In this document: piece after piece, positions 1 to 14,700 of the stretch | How the letters are laid out: each line of letters starts with the position of its first letter | Position numbering within the stretch: the first letter of the stretch is position 1 | NCBI RefSeq assembly: GCF_000181795.1 | Contig: NW_003526944.1 | Location: 801,383 to 860,750, forward strand | Length of the DNA: 59,368 nt | Source: Trichinella spiralis | Taxonomy: Eukaryota | Reading direction: 5' to 3' | Position numbers and translations under genes: made by a program | Notes under the pieces: generated by a model | What the model saw: only the letters and a program-made list of their open reading frames with translations | What the model was told of the DNA's origin: nothing | Database searches by the model: none

Positions 1-329
1 ATTCAACAGAGAGTGAGAGAGAAGCGGGTAAATGTCCGGCGATGGTCAACTACGATGGTCGTCACAACATGGTTGGCCAAAACCGGCAGCCACAAGTCCG
101 AATGGTCAGTCACGTGCAGCTTGGTCGTCTTCGGTGCGGTAAAGGACCTTCAAGTCACGTGAGCAGCCCAGTGACCGGCCAATGTCCGAAAATTGAACTG
201 TTCTCTTGTGTCATTGTTTACTTGGACAAGCCTTTTCTCTCTCTTTCTCTCTTCAAAGGCAGAAATTGCTCAGTTTGGAAAAACATCCCCCGCTGTGGCT
301 TGATTCTGCTCTTCTGCCCCTGGAGAATA

Positions 330-1269
330 ATGCCTTCTGAAAATAAGTCACCTAGCGAAATGGAAATTCAAGAAAATTGCCCCAACGGAAAAAGCAAACC
401 CAACAACAACAGTCAGATGAATAAAAACGAAATAAAGGTAAAATTCTTCTTTTTATTTTCTCTTAATGAAAATTCAACCAAAAAAATGCAAATAATACTT
501 GTGTAGCTTTTATTCTGATTGCAACAGAGCAGTGCATGAAATTCCAGTTGTAGCAATGAACGAAATTTCACTTACCTACCAGCAGTCTGTAAAAGTGAAG
601 CAATTTAAATAATTAATGAATTTTTGAATTGAAAAAAAGCAAGCAAAATACATTTCACCATTGTTCGTTCAAATTGTACAAAAAATTTACAGGATTAATA
701 ATAATTATTATTAATAATTTTGCAGATTCAGTTCGACGAGATCGTTGCTGAGCCGGATCAAAGTTTGCGCAGCATCAGTCACGTTTGGAACGTCAGCGTG
801 AAAGTAAAAAAATAGTTCTTTTTCAAAAAAAAACTCTTCACCTATCTCATTATAATGTAAATTTAAAGCATAATCACTCACCTCTGTTTCAGATTTTCCA
901 ATTTACTTCGCAGTGGTGCTATTGGATATTGTCGGCGTTGTTGGCGGTGCCGTTCGCGATCCTCTGGGCGGTGGTGTTCGCATTCAGCAGCTTCTTCAAC
1001 GTCTGGTGCACGCAGCCGTTGATCAGAACCGTGGGAAAATTTTTCCTCTCTATTTTCCAGGTAACATATTGCCACACTATAAAACTTTGCTCAATTCAAA
1101 ACAAAAACAACAAACCAAAAAAAATTTCAAATCACACGTTCAGGTATATGAGAAAATTGTCCTCTGTTTGTTTGGTCCTATTGGACAGGCGTTTGGTCGA
1201 TGTTTCCAAAATGTACGATTGTATACAGTGAAATCGCAAAGCCAACAACCCCCATCGGGAAATGTATGA
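330..1269 (+). CDS. cav: Caveolin (4 coding exons: 330-437, 726-803, 893-1060, 1144-1269)
   Basis: GT-AG spliced ORF MPSENKSP...NEIK|IQFDEIVAEPDQSLRSISHVWNVSVK|IFQFTSQWCYWILSALLAVPFAILWAVVFAFSSFFNVWC...|VYEKIVLCLFGPIGQAFGRCF...*. FDEIVAEP matches the caveolin signature FEDVIAEP and is followed by the long hydrophobic hairpin. Confidence 0.9.
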
Positions 1270-1778
1270 ATTCGATGAAAAATTATAAACATAAAACAAA
1301 CAAATAATAAACCCAGAATAATAATAATAATAATAATAATAGTCTACTTTTTCTGATTAACATAATACAAATAAAAGTATAAATAATAATTGTTATATGT
1401 AATGGAATGAAAAAAATGCAAGTGCAAACAAAAAGAACATTAAAAAATACATATAACAAAAATGATTTATTTTAGGCATGATAATGATGATAATAATAAT
1501 AATAATAAATTATAAGAATAAGATAGATTCAAAAAAATGCTTCCATAATGTATGATGTAATTTATAATTTTTGGGCGGCATTACTGTTCTGGCAAAACAA
1601 AAAACTGTATTGAATAATAGAATCCGTGAAAATATGCAGAGGGATGGATAAATAAATCAAACAAATTGGATGAAGAAGATGGATGATAAAATATCACTAT
1701 AATATATATATATATTTATATAAATATAATGAAATCAACCAAAACTTGAAATCAGAATAGCACGCGACCGTGGGTCTA

Positions 1779-3806
<2,028 letters not shown>

Positions 3807-4749
3807 TCAAGCATATGCGAAATTTACAACACAATTTTGCTTAAGAAGCAAAACTTGCAACAGTACTGCTACAAAGCATTTAAAATTTGAAATGCAAACA
3901 GTCATCAGTGTTAATAAAATGAATACCAAATGAATAAATCGATTAAGCACAGTATGACCTAGACAAACATACGAATACATTTACCAATTAACCACACTCT
4001 GCTGATGGAATACTAATTTATCACAGAAAATAACTGCTATATTATTAATAATTTGGAAACTAACGCACGTTTATACAGCATAAAAAAAACAAAACATGAT
4101 AAGCAAACTGAACCACGATTGCAAAACTTATTGAACAAAAATACTTTCCATTTCAACTAACAATTATATTAAATTACAATAATATACATTAAATGCACAT
4201 GAATATTAAAAGTTACAAAATTACGAATGAAATGCTAATTAACATCTTACAAATCAAGAAAAACAAGTTCAGTGAATAACGACTATCGCCAAGCCTCAAT
4301 TTTCTGTGCACACTTGCGTAACAGTGACAACGGAACATTCTACAGTATACAAGGAAATCTTTAAGTGCAATAAAGTATTATTTCAGGAAAACAATATTTC
4401 CTGTCCATGTTTGCCACTTTAATTTTTAATTTTAACGTGCAATATATTCTTTTAATTTTATAAATAACATCTTAACATTTGAATTTTCATATAAATCACT
4501 CCGAAATACTGTAAATAGTACATACCTGAATCATGAAAAATACACAAAAATAATTCTGATGACTAATATGATTATCTTTATTTGGCTATTAAAACAATTG
4601 TACAATTGCATATGTATTTATAGATAAAACAGTTCTTAAATTTTATATGTTAAGTGTTAAAGAATAAATTACAATTCATCACACACATTTTATTTTATAA
4701 GAGCAACAACGTTGGTAAATATGACAATGTTTTGCTGTTATTCTAGATG

Positions 4750-5335
4750 CTAAACATGCTGCTCTTCCTTAAGTTGATTTTCCTCCTGCTTGGTGTCCAA
4801 ACTGAGGGGTTCTTCAAAAATAATATAAGCTTGTTTGACACCTTCCAGTTGTAGTTCCAAGTTCAAATGCCACCTGAATATAGCGCATTAATAAAGCTGA
4901 CGGTCTGAATAAATACTCACCTATTATCAACTTTCTTCCCTCGAATGACCAAAACACCTGCATCTTTTGTGCCAACAACATTCAAGTTCCACTATTATAA
5001 AAAGAAATCACTGGTTACAGAAAACAGGAATATTCTTACTTGACATGTATGATCATTAACATAATTCTTTTTTAGATCATACCATCGTACTGCTCCAATT
5101 TTTACTGGAGAGCCAAGAGCATTTACAGCTTTTTCATGATGACTGAACAATTCTAGAGCTCGGTTATGAAATGGCAATTTTGTTAGATTTTCTAAAACAC
5201 ATAAATAATTGATAATAAATAATTCGAAAGCGTTTCCTGACATTTACCTTGAATTTTTTGGTTCAAGCAATAACAAGACCCGCATATGAATACACTGCTA
5301 CAAACTAGCAGACCATTAATTGTTTGCTTTGAAAA
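4750..5335 (-). CDS. COA1: Cytochrome c oxidase assembly factor 1 homolog (COA1/MITRAC15); exon carrying the start codon not located
   Basis: Four exons translate FSKQTINGLLVCSSVFICGSCYCLNQKIQ|ENLTKLPFHNRALELFSHHEKAVNALGSPVKI...|WNLNVVGTKDAGVLVIRGKKVDNR|WHLNLELQLEG...*. One N-terminal TM segment, then motifs matching COA1 (ALG.P, G.K..G.L, RWHL). An in-frame TAG at 5338-5336 serves as the acceptor, so the ATG is upstream. Confidence 0.8.
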
Positions 5336-6208
5336 CTAGATCAAAGAATTCATGAATCAAAAGTGCTCGCTTAAAAAACAACAGTATTGCACTTTCTGGA
5401 TTTCAGTGGTGTTTTAAATTGATAAATTATCAACTGCTTAATTAATTCAAACACAGAACTAGTTGAATGTGAATCTTCATTTGCTATGCTTCACTCTTCA
5501 TTAAACAAATATTAGTATATCATTGAATATAACTTTTTTGAACATTGGAAACCGGAAAATAAAAAATTATGCAAAACTTTTATCCCTATTCAAGAGTACA
5601 GTGCAGACCGAGTCTAATAAAATGTTATAAATTTATTTGTTAACCATTTCTTAATTTAAATCAATATTTATAATAAATACCTTAAACATTTGAAATTTTC
5701 CACACAAAAATATTAATTCGGAAAAAATGCTTTTTACCCAGTACCCACTTTGATCATTAGTATTATTTTTCAGTTGAGTAAAGTATACTGTATTATCATA
5801 AACGCAGGGTTTTATTTCATGCGGAGATATTAGCCGTAATTATTGCATTTTTATGCTATGACAAATTATATATTTTTACATCACCTAACATTTTGAATAG
5901 TGTATTCAATATATGCAAATACAATTTAATTCATGCAATTATCGAGATTCATCATTAATATGAATATGGATTGAAAGTTGTTTGGTTGTTTTTACTTTCC
6001 CCCCATAAAACTCACCACAATAAACTAATTTGTGTTGATAACAATAATTTCAAAGGATTTTTAATAGTTCATAAGTCAAACAGATCGGTTTTGAAAATTA
6101 ATATTTACCTTAATAATCATATTGTATTACTGTAAATGAATTGCAGGTGACTCTATAATATTTACTTTCATACTTTAGTGTACAAATTTATTTCATCCAA
6201 CAGATTTA

Positions 6209-8241
6209 ATGGTATATGAAAATAATATTTAATTAATAACAATGTAAAGTATTTTCATATTTAGTCTTTTTTTCTGTTCGGGAAATCTGCCGACATTGAT
6301 ATTCGACTGGATGGTTCGGACGTCAGGCAAACAGTAAGAGTCGAAGGAGATGATGGAAGTTTTCAAAACTGCTTTTTGTATTACGATGGCGAAAGTATAA
6401 GTGGCACAGTATGAAATAATTGATTTTTTTTAATTCTTTGCAAGTTTCTATATGCATTTTAAAGGTGTTCGTTCGCTTAAAAAGGCCAGATCAAAAGCTT
6501 GATCACAATGGGATAAAAATCGAATTTATTGGCCAGATTGGTAATGCATAATTTTCATTGATGAAATTAATTTTATTTCTTTTATTAATTTAGAAGTTAA
6601 TTATGACCGAGGCAATCACAATGATTTTATTTCAATGTGCAAAGATTTGGCTCAACCTGGAGAACTGTATCAAAGTGCGGAGTATCCTTTCGAATTTGCA
6701 CGTGTGGAGAAGCCATATGAATCTTACAATGGATCTTATGTTAAATTAAGGTTAGTAGTTAGTTCTTTTGATTTGATTGCAAAATTTCTTTTTTTTTGTC
6801 ATATTAATTTACATATGTTTGTGAAAATTTATAAGTAATTCAGTAAATCAGTGGACGTGAAATGTTTTGCAGGTATTTTCTTCGTGTCACTATTGCCAAG
6901 CGTATTTCCGATATTGTTCATGAAATGGACATTGTTGTGCATACGTTGTCTGTTTATCCAGAGGCAAGTGACTGCATTAAGATGGAAGTTGGAATTGAAG
7001 ACTGTTTGCACATTGAATTTGAATACAACCGTTCGAAGTATGTGTAAATCTAAAGTGAAAAATTCTAAACTCTTCTCTTTAATCAATAATAAAATTGTAA
7101 TGATTTTTTTAAATAAGTTACATAAAATGTATTGTTTGTTTTAGATATCACTTAAAGGATGTGATTGTTGGCAAAATTTATTTTCTCTTAGTTAGAATAA
7201 AAATCAAGCTCATGGAAATTGCAATAATTAAGCAAGAAAGCATCGGAACAGGTATTAGTTTGTTGTGTTTTTTTAATTTTTAATTTTATCAGACTTTTTA
7301 ATAGGAGCTAATGTATATCCTGAAAATACTGCAATAGCAAAATATGAAATAATGGATGGTGCACCTGTTAAAGGTAAACAACAGTTCGAAGCATGAAAAT
7401 GTTAACTTTAATGTTTCGTTGTAAACACTGTGACTAGCACGTGCAGTTAGTTTTTGAAATTAAGTTTAACAAGTAATTGTATTTATTGACGGCAGATTTT
7501 ATGTAGCATGCGGAAATAAGAATACATCTGAAATACAATGTTGTATAAATAGCGTGCAGTGGTGACTGTTTTATCATGCACGATTTTTGTATTTGCATTC
7601 CATTTTGATTACAGTAATATTTTATACTTTATTTTCTTGTTTGATGAAAGGAATTTTAAGTAGTTTAAGTTGAAGTAAATTTCTTTTTTTTAATTAAGAT
7701 GATTATTTCAAATGAATTCATAATCGGGTATAAATGAAAAATAAACATTTCAATGGAATTTTTTTAGGAGAATCAATTCCAATACGTTTGTTTTTGTCTG
7801 GTTACAAATTAACGCCAACTATGCGGGATGTGAATAAGCGATTTTCAGTGAAATACTTTTTGAATCTAGTACTTGTTGATGAAGAAGACAGGCGTTACTT
7901 TAAGCAGCAGGCAAGTAGACGGTCGGAGTTGTTTAAACTTTGATGACATCATCATTGTTTAGGAAATAATTTTGTGGAGAAAAGGTGATAATTTGACAAG
8001 AAAAGGGGCCCCATTTCCAGCACAATCCCAAGTGATGGCCATCAAAGCGGATGGTGCCAATTGTGATGGCAAACAGCCTGTTGGAAGTGAAAGTGTGGAG
8101 GATGTTCCACCTTCTGAACCAACGCCTCCGTCTGTCGACACGAACGATGATGATTCGGATGTGGTGCCGGTAAATGGAATAACAACAAGCGTACAATCCA
8201 CTGTTGCAGAAGAAGCGGCAGTTTCACCATCCCAATGTTGA
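6209..8241 (+). CDS. vps-26: Retromer subunit VPS26
   Basis: ATG-only first coding exon (6209-6211), then SFFLFGKSADIDIRLDG...FLYYDGESISGT|V..HNGIKIEFIGQIE...VEKPYESYNGSYVKLR|YFLRVTI...IKMEVGIEDCLHIEFEYNRSK|YHLKDVIVGKIYFLLVRIKIK...KYEIMDGAPVKG|ESIPIRLFL...DEEDRRYFKQQ|EIILWRK, followed by an acidic tail. Confidence 0.96.
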
Positions 8242-8755
8242 TTAGTAACTCTGTTTTATTTTATATGCGACTCTTATTTTTTTTCCCAATTTCACAAAAT
8301 TTATTTTGTCACTCTTTCGAGCCTACGCTAAAATTTAAAAGAATCATCTCATTTTGGTACTGATTCTTTTCAAAAAGAAAATGAATATGCATATTCCAAA
8401 TGCATAATCTCGCCTTATAAAGAAATGAGCTGTCTCGTGGGCGTCGAACAAGGTTAATGTAATAATATGTGATTTAAAAATTGTTTTCGATTATGGTATG
8501 CTTCCTATATGTGTACGGTTTTTTTTTCTTAAATTTTACTCGTACCCTGATAATATTATGAAGTAATTTACAGGAAAAAAGAATTTTTTTAATGAAATTA
8601 AAAATTACATTTTGTTCATCATATTGTTTGATTGATCAAACGGAAAGAGTTTCTTTCTCAGCAATGGCTTGTTATTTTTGTCAGATGTTTGGTTGTTAAC
8701 TTCAAAGAATCCACATTTAGGATTTAATATTTTCTTTCAGCCAAAAGCGACGACA

Positions 8756-11700
8756 ATGGTCGTCGCATCGAAAGATCCTAATTTTGTTAATAAATTGATG
8801 GCAGATTTATATGCCGACTTGTTCAGTTTATCGTCTGAATCGAAGAAGAAGAATCCAAACATTAACGAAGTAAGAATTTTTTTATTGGGGCATTTTTTGT
8901 GGAAATTAATCTATCAACTCAGGCGGTAGAAGCTGTTCTTCCAAGGTTGACAAGCATTCGTAAAAGTCACGATGAGAAGCCTGATTACAGTATACGTGGT
9001 AAATTTTTTAAATAATTAAATTAATTTAAATTAATTATTTAAAATTTAATTAATTGAAGAAGTTAATTGATTTAATTGTATTTGTCTTAATTAATTTAAT
9101 TTAAAAAATTTGAAAAAAAAATTAAATCAAAAAGAGTTAATATCGATTTAAAAATTCAACAAAATTGGGGTCACAGTAAGAAAGAATTTGAAAATTGAAT
9201 ACTGTCGTTTCTTGGTATGTTGCAAAAAATTGTTGTTTCAAGCGTTGATATCAATCAGCGATGCAATAGTGCGTCCATTGTCGATGGCTTGTGAGACGAA
9301 AAATCCTCGACTGGTGCAGATCGCTTTGAGCGCGATGCAGCGGTTGTTGAATTGCAACGGCGCCGGTTCGTCTGCCATTTCAACAATTGTTTCATCTTTG
9401 TGGTTGTTGAGCAGTGTTGAAGTGGAAGAATTGAAAATTTTACAAACGGTCACGTTGTTGGTCACAAGTGATGACCAAGTGCACGATTCAGAATTGGCCA
9501 AGGTGATGATGAGTGAAAAATTAAATTTAAATTACATTTTGTTCATGTTTCAGTGTCTTGTTATATGTTTTCGGTTTAATTTTGCCAAAGATCCGAACGT
9601 GGTCAATACAGCTTCAGCTACAGTTAGACAGCTCGTTTCTCATGTTTTTGATCGAGCTGAAAAGTTGGACTTTTCGGGTTTTTATTTAAATTTATTATTT
9701 ATTTATTCATATATTTATTTTAATGTAAGTCTTTGAAGGCTCAGAAGAGTTGCTTTGTCAGGTGAAAAGCAATCCGGCAAAGCCACCGCAAAATTGTCCT
9801 GCTTCGTTTGGCGATGCAATTATGCTGTTTCAGGTTTGCAGAATTGCAAATTAATTCCTTTGTTCTGGTGTATAAAGCGAGTTTGAATTTTATTAAGGAT
9901 CTGTGTCGCTTGGTGAACACTGAAAATCCTTTATGGCTTACTGGCATTTTCGAAATGACCCGTACGCTTGGTCTTGATTTAATCGAAAAAATTCTCAATG
10001 ACAATCAACAACTTTTCTCTGAGGTTGTTGAAAAAAATGATTATCATGTTCAAGCGAAATCATTTGCTTTTATATCTGTTCTAGACAGCCGTATTTACTT
10101 TTTTGTTGAAAGAATCCGTTTGTCCGTTGATTATTCGACTGTTTTCATTCAACTTGAAAGGTGTGCCGATTGAAGGAGCAAAAGAAAATTTGCATATTGT
10201 TGAAAGCGTTCAGGAGAAGCCTTATTTTCCAATCACCGTTCGTCTGTTGCGCTTGGTGGACATTTTGAATTGTTCCTATTCCAAAGTGTTAATCACGGAG
10301 TGCGAGATTTTTTTATCTCTGATGATCAGGTTCATCGATCAGGACAAATTGCCTTGGCAGCGAATTTTGGTATTGGAACTCATAGAACGTTTGGTATCCA
10401 ACTGCGACATGTTGAAGTAATGATAATAATAATAATAATAACGATTGTGATTGTATAATTTTTTGTCGTTGATTTCATAATAAAAAACTTAAATTTTATT
10501 TAGAAGATACTGTACTGCGTATGATATGCAATCTCAGTCGACCAAAGTTATCAAAGAGCTCCTGTCAGCTATTGGCGAATTCACGCAGACGATATTTCCA
10601 GAATTGAGTAGACGCGTCCAGCATGATGACTCGTTCTTGCATGTCGAAGATTCGGTTCCAGACGTTGGCTTCAACTACGACCATTGTTGGCTTCCATTCG
10701 TTTCACTTCCGACGCATAAAATTCACAAATCAAAATTGTAAAATTGAATTTGATGTTGTTTTTTTTTGTTTTTTAGTTATTTATTTATTTATCATAATAC
10801 AGTTTGGATATGACAGATAAAGTTGAACCGCCTACAGTGCCTGTTGGTTATTTTTTGAATTTGGCATTCGAAATTGTGACCGCTTTGGTGAGAACATTGC
10901 AAGAGATTTTCGTCACCTCTACCGAAGCTGGTGAGAATGCAGATGTTTTTATTTTTTTTATTTAATTTTTTTCTGCTGTACAGTGGTGGTCGAGCATATT
11001 GTGGAATCGTCTTGGAAATCGCTTTTGTCCGCTTTGGGAATGCTGTTGCAGTGCAGTGTTGGCGAGAAATTGAACGAGCCGCTGTTGAAAAGCTTGACGG
11101 TGATGATTTCACTGGCGAGTCGAATGGATAAGACGGAATTTTTGGCCGCTTGTTTGTGCATGCTTTGCGATTGTGTTTCGTCATCATGCCCACAGCACTG
11201 TCGTTCCAAGCCAGATAACGCCGACGGCAGTTTTTCTCATCATGATCATACGGTATACGGTATTGTAAGTACGTGAGAAAGGGCGAAATGTTAGTTATTG
11301 GAAATTTCAGTTTGGCGAAAAGAATTTATTAGCTGCTCGTCATTTATTATCATGCTCTTTGGACAGTGGATCCTATTTTGGCTCGAATTGGATTGTCGTT
11401 TTGAAAACATTGCAAGTATGAATTGTCGTTTTTTTTGTCCAATGAATTATCACATTATATTTTCGATTGGTTTTTTTATTTCATCTGTTGTCATTTTAGA
11501 ATTTACTCTTGCATCTCAGAATAGTGCCAACAATTACCGACGATCAAGCATCGCTTTTTTTCGACAACAATCCCCAGTTGCACCAAAATTCCAAGCCGTT
11601 TGTCGTGCACATTGTCGATTTGCAATTAATCGTCAAACTCATTGGCGACCTAGTCCAGAGTACAGAGTACTGAAGCGTTGCTTTGATTTCAAATTTTGTT

Positions 11701-14700
11701 TCGTTTGGTCTTATTCGAATGCATTTTAATTAATTTCATTTTAAACTATCATTTGCAGACGGTATTCGACTTGCTCGTTGTTGAATTTGATGCAATCGTT
11801 GCGACATTTGATCAACGAAACGTTGAATTCTTCAATAAATGAAAAAGAATCTTATTTTTTCATCTGGGTGCTGTTGGAAGTATTTTTGACAAGTACATCC
11901 AGGCCGTCGAATATGTGGGAATTGGTCGACTTGGTTATTTATCAAGTATATATTTTTGTTTTATTAAGCAGAATAATACAATTGTGCGAATGTGTGCAAT
12001 AATTTTTAGCTTTGCTCTTGTTCGAGAGCATCAGTGCGCGTTTGGGGTTCATTTTCGGTGGGAAAAATTTGGAGAACTGAACTAGCTTCTGAAGATGCTA
12101 TGTTGGATGAGGTGCAAAAGTTTACTTTCTCTTTAATATTAAAACAAAATAAAAAGATTGTTGGTATTTTATTTTAGGACAGGCGCAGTTGTATGATACA
12201 TTTGATGATCAGTTCGGGTAATGTGCCTTATGAGGATGTTCGACTGAAATTGTTGGATTGCATTTTGTGCACTTGGCGTAGTAAAATTAAGTTGAATTAT
12301 CCGGATGTGTGGTTTCCTCTGCTCACGGCGATAGGAACTTGGTGGTCTGACTGTACCGAGTAAGTCTGTTGAAGTTGTTTTACATGGTGAAGAAAAACAC
12401 GATCCGATTTAATAAGTGAAATTTCATATCAACGTCGTCGTCAATGTTCTTCTATCTTGTTGTAGTGACAATGTTCTTCGGGTTGCATTTCAAGCACTGA
12501 GCACTGTCGACACTGATTATTTGTCCCAATTGGACGAAAAATGCATTCAGCATTTTATGACTATGGCAACGAGATTTGGTGAACAAAACAGAGATCCAAA
12601 TATTAGTCTCAGTGCTGTGGAAATTTTAGTACGTTTTACAAGTGATTTGTGATTTGAATTGATTATTGTTTTCTATTGAAATTATATTTCCAGTGGACCA
12701 CGGGTGATTTTTTGTATCGACAGAGTGTACTGTCAGAAGGAGACGAATGTGAGGTGAAATTTCCAGAATCTCTGTTTTTGTACTTGTACTCGTGCTTGAG
12801 TAAGTTGTGCACTGACCCGAGACCTCCGGTGCGGAAAAGCGCCTGCCAAGCGTTGTTCAGTGCTCTGGTGTCGCATGGTGTACGTTTGAACGCAAACATT
12901 TGGGAAATTATTTTTTGGGAAGTACGTTAAAAATGCCATTGGTAGTTTTCTGTTATTATTTTTTCAGATCTCCTCTTTTTCAGGTACTTTTTCCACTGTT
13001 GGACAAAGTTTGCCAGTTTCACATCAGAGCTTCGACCACAAAAGATGATTGCAGTGTAATCGGCGGTACCAACATTGCCGTCCATCATTCCCGAGATACG
13101 GAAAGTAAACAGTGGGCAGAAACTGTCGTCCAAACGCTCAATGGAATTGTGAAATTATTTTCCAGCAACGTGCCCATATTTTTGTCTATCAAGCAGGGTA
13201 AGAACAAAATTTTATTTCAAAATTTTTTTAAAATGTAGATTTAATATGCAAATTATATACTTGTGTATATATTATTATTATTATTATTATATTCAAGGTG
13301 GTTTTTACAATTCTTTTACCGTATTGTTGAATTCTATCGAAACGCTCGCAATACAAGGCAACGACGAAGTTTGCGTTGCCGCTATGAGAAATTTCGTTGA
13401 CGTGATGCAGTCCAAGCCGTTGATTGAAGTCTTCAGACAATTTGACGCTAACAACAAATCGATTGATCCAAAGAGTAAATTTCATCATCTTCTGTTTGAG
13501 GTGAACTTTATAATTTTTTTTTCTTCATTTGCACATTTTTAAGAAACGTTTTATGGTTTTTTTTGATCCTTTTGAAACTTGATGCTTGGTTTATTCTATT
13601 GTATTGTATTGTATGCAACGTTTTGAGATGAATTTTCATTTTTTTCAGGCTTGGAAAAAAGTTGGCATCAATGCAACAGCCGAAATTTTAACATTGAAAG
13701 ATTCTGACGAGTGTGAAAAATTGTGCCGTATACGTCCGGTTTCTTTCGTTCATCATTTGCTCAGCATTTTCGTGCCTCTGTTCAACTTGGCTGTTGCTGG
13801 TAGCTTGTCTGACGGTGACGTTCGTCGGATGGTGGATATTTTGAAAGGCAGTGTTCTGTTGGAAACACTGGCCGACAAAACTTTGCTACTTTTTTCGCCA
13901 AATTCATCATCATCCGCACTGCTGTCACGTGGTCAAGATTTGGTGCGTGGTTGTTTCGAAGAAATTGTCAAAGTTTGTCAACTTTTACATATTGGATGGA
14001 ATATGCAAATTTTCTAATTCATTAATTTTCATTTTGATATAGTATATATTCAGTGCGGAAAAGTCTTCGTCGGTGTATATATCTTGTTTTTTTGACACTG
14101 CGTTGCAGTTTGTGCAGTACGCTTATGATCCTCCAGTGTGTTTGAAAGGAATGATGACCAAAGGCGCCAAAGTTGTCGGGGTGAGAGGCATTTGTGCTGT
14201 TGATGAGGGCAAAATTTGCCAAATTCTTGTTCCTGTTCCAGAATGAACAAGTAGCCATGGCTTTTTGTCCATTTTCTGAAATTATGTTGCAAATGTCCGT
14301 TTCAACTTACGTGAAACTTGCCAAATGGCCTGTCGTAATTAGCCAAGGTATTGCACAGAAAATACTGCACGTAAGTAGTGATTTTTTTTTTCGATTTTCA
14401 CACTTGACCAAAATTTTTTTTTAATAATTCAAGAAAAACGTGAAAATTTGTATTGAAGTAAAATTTGCGTATTTATTTTTTTGTTTTTTAGACACTGTCA
14501 ACTCCTCTGAATATGAAAAGAAAATGTCCAGCAAACAGAACTTGGTACGCTTGTGTGAATGAACTGATTCGCATCATGCATGCCACAGTACCACTAGCTT
14601 ATACAAATCGGGACGGTATGAGAAGTTTTGCACAGAATGGATGAAAATTATTCGCTTGCATTTTTCAGATGAACAATTGAAATTGGTGTGGCCAGAAATG

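Noticed and set aside
42..329. N-terminal extension of ORF 42..506
   Set aside because: Caveolin-like sequence starts at ATG 330; the upstream part looks like promoter or UTR read-through with no recognisable similarity.
9001..9130. Near-palindromic AT-only stretch in a MON2 intron (MITE-like)
   Set aside because: Low complexity produces self-complementarity by chance; no clear TIR or TSD.
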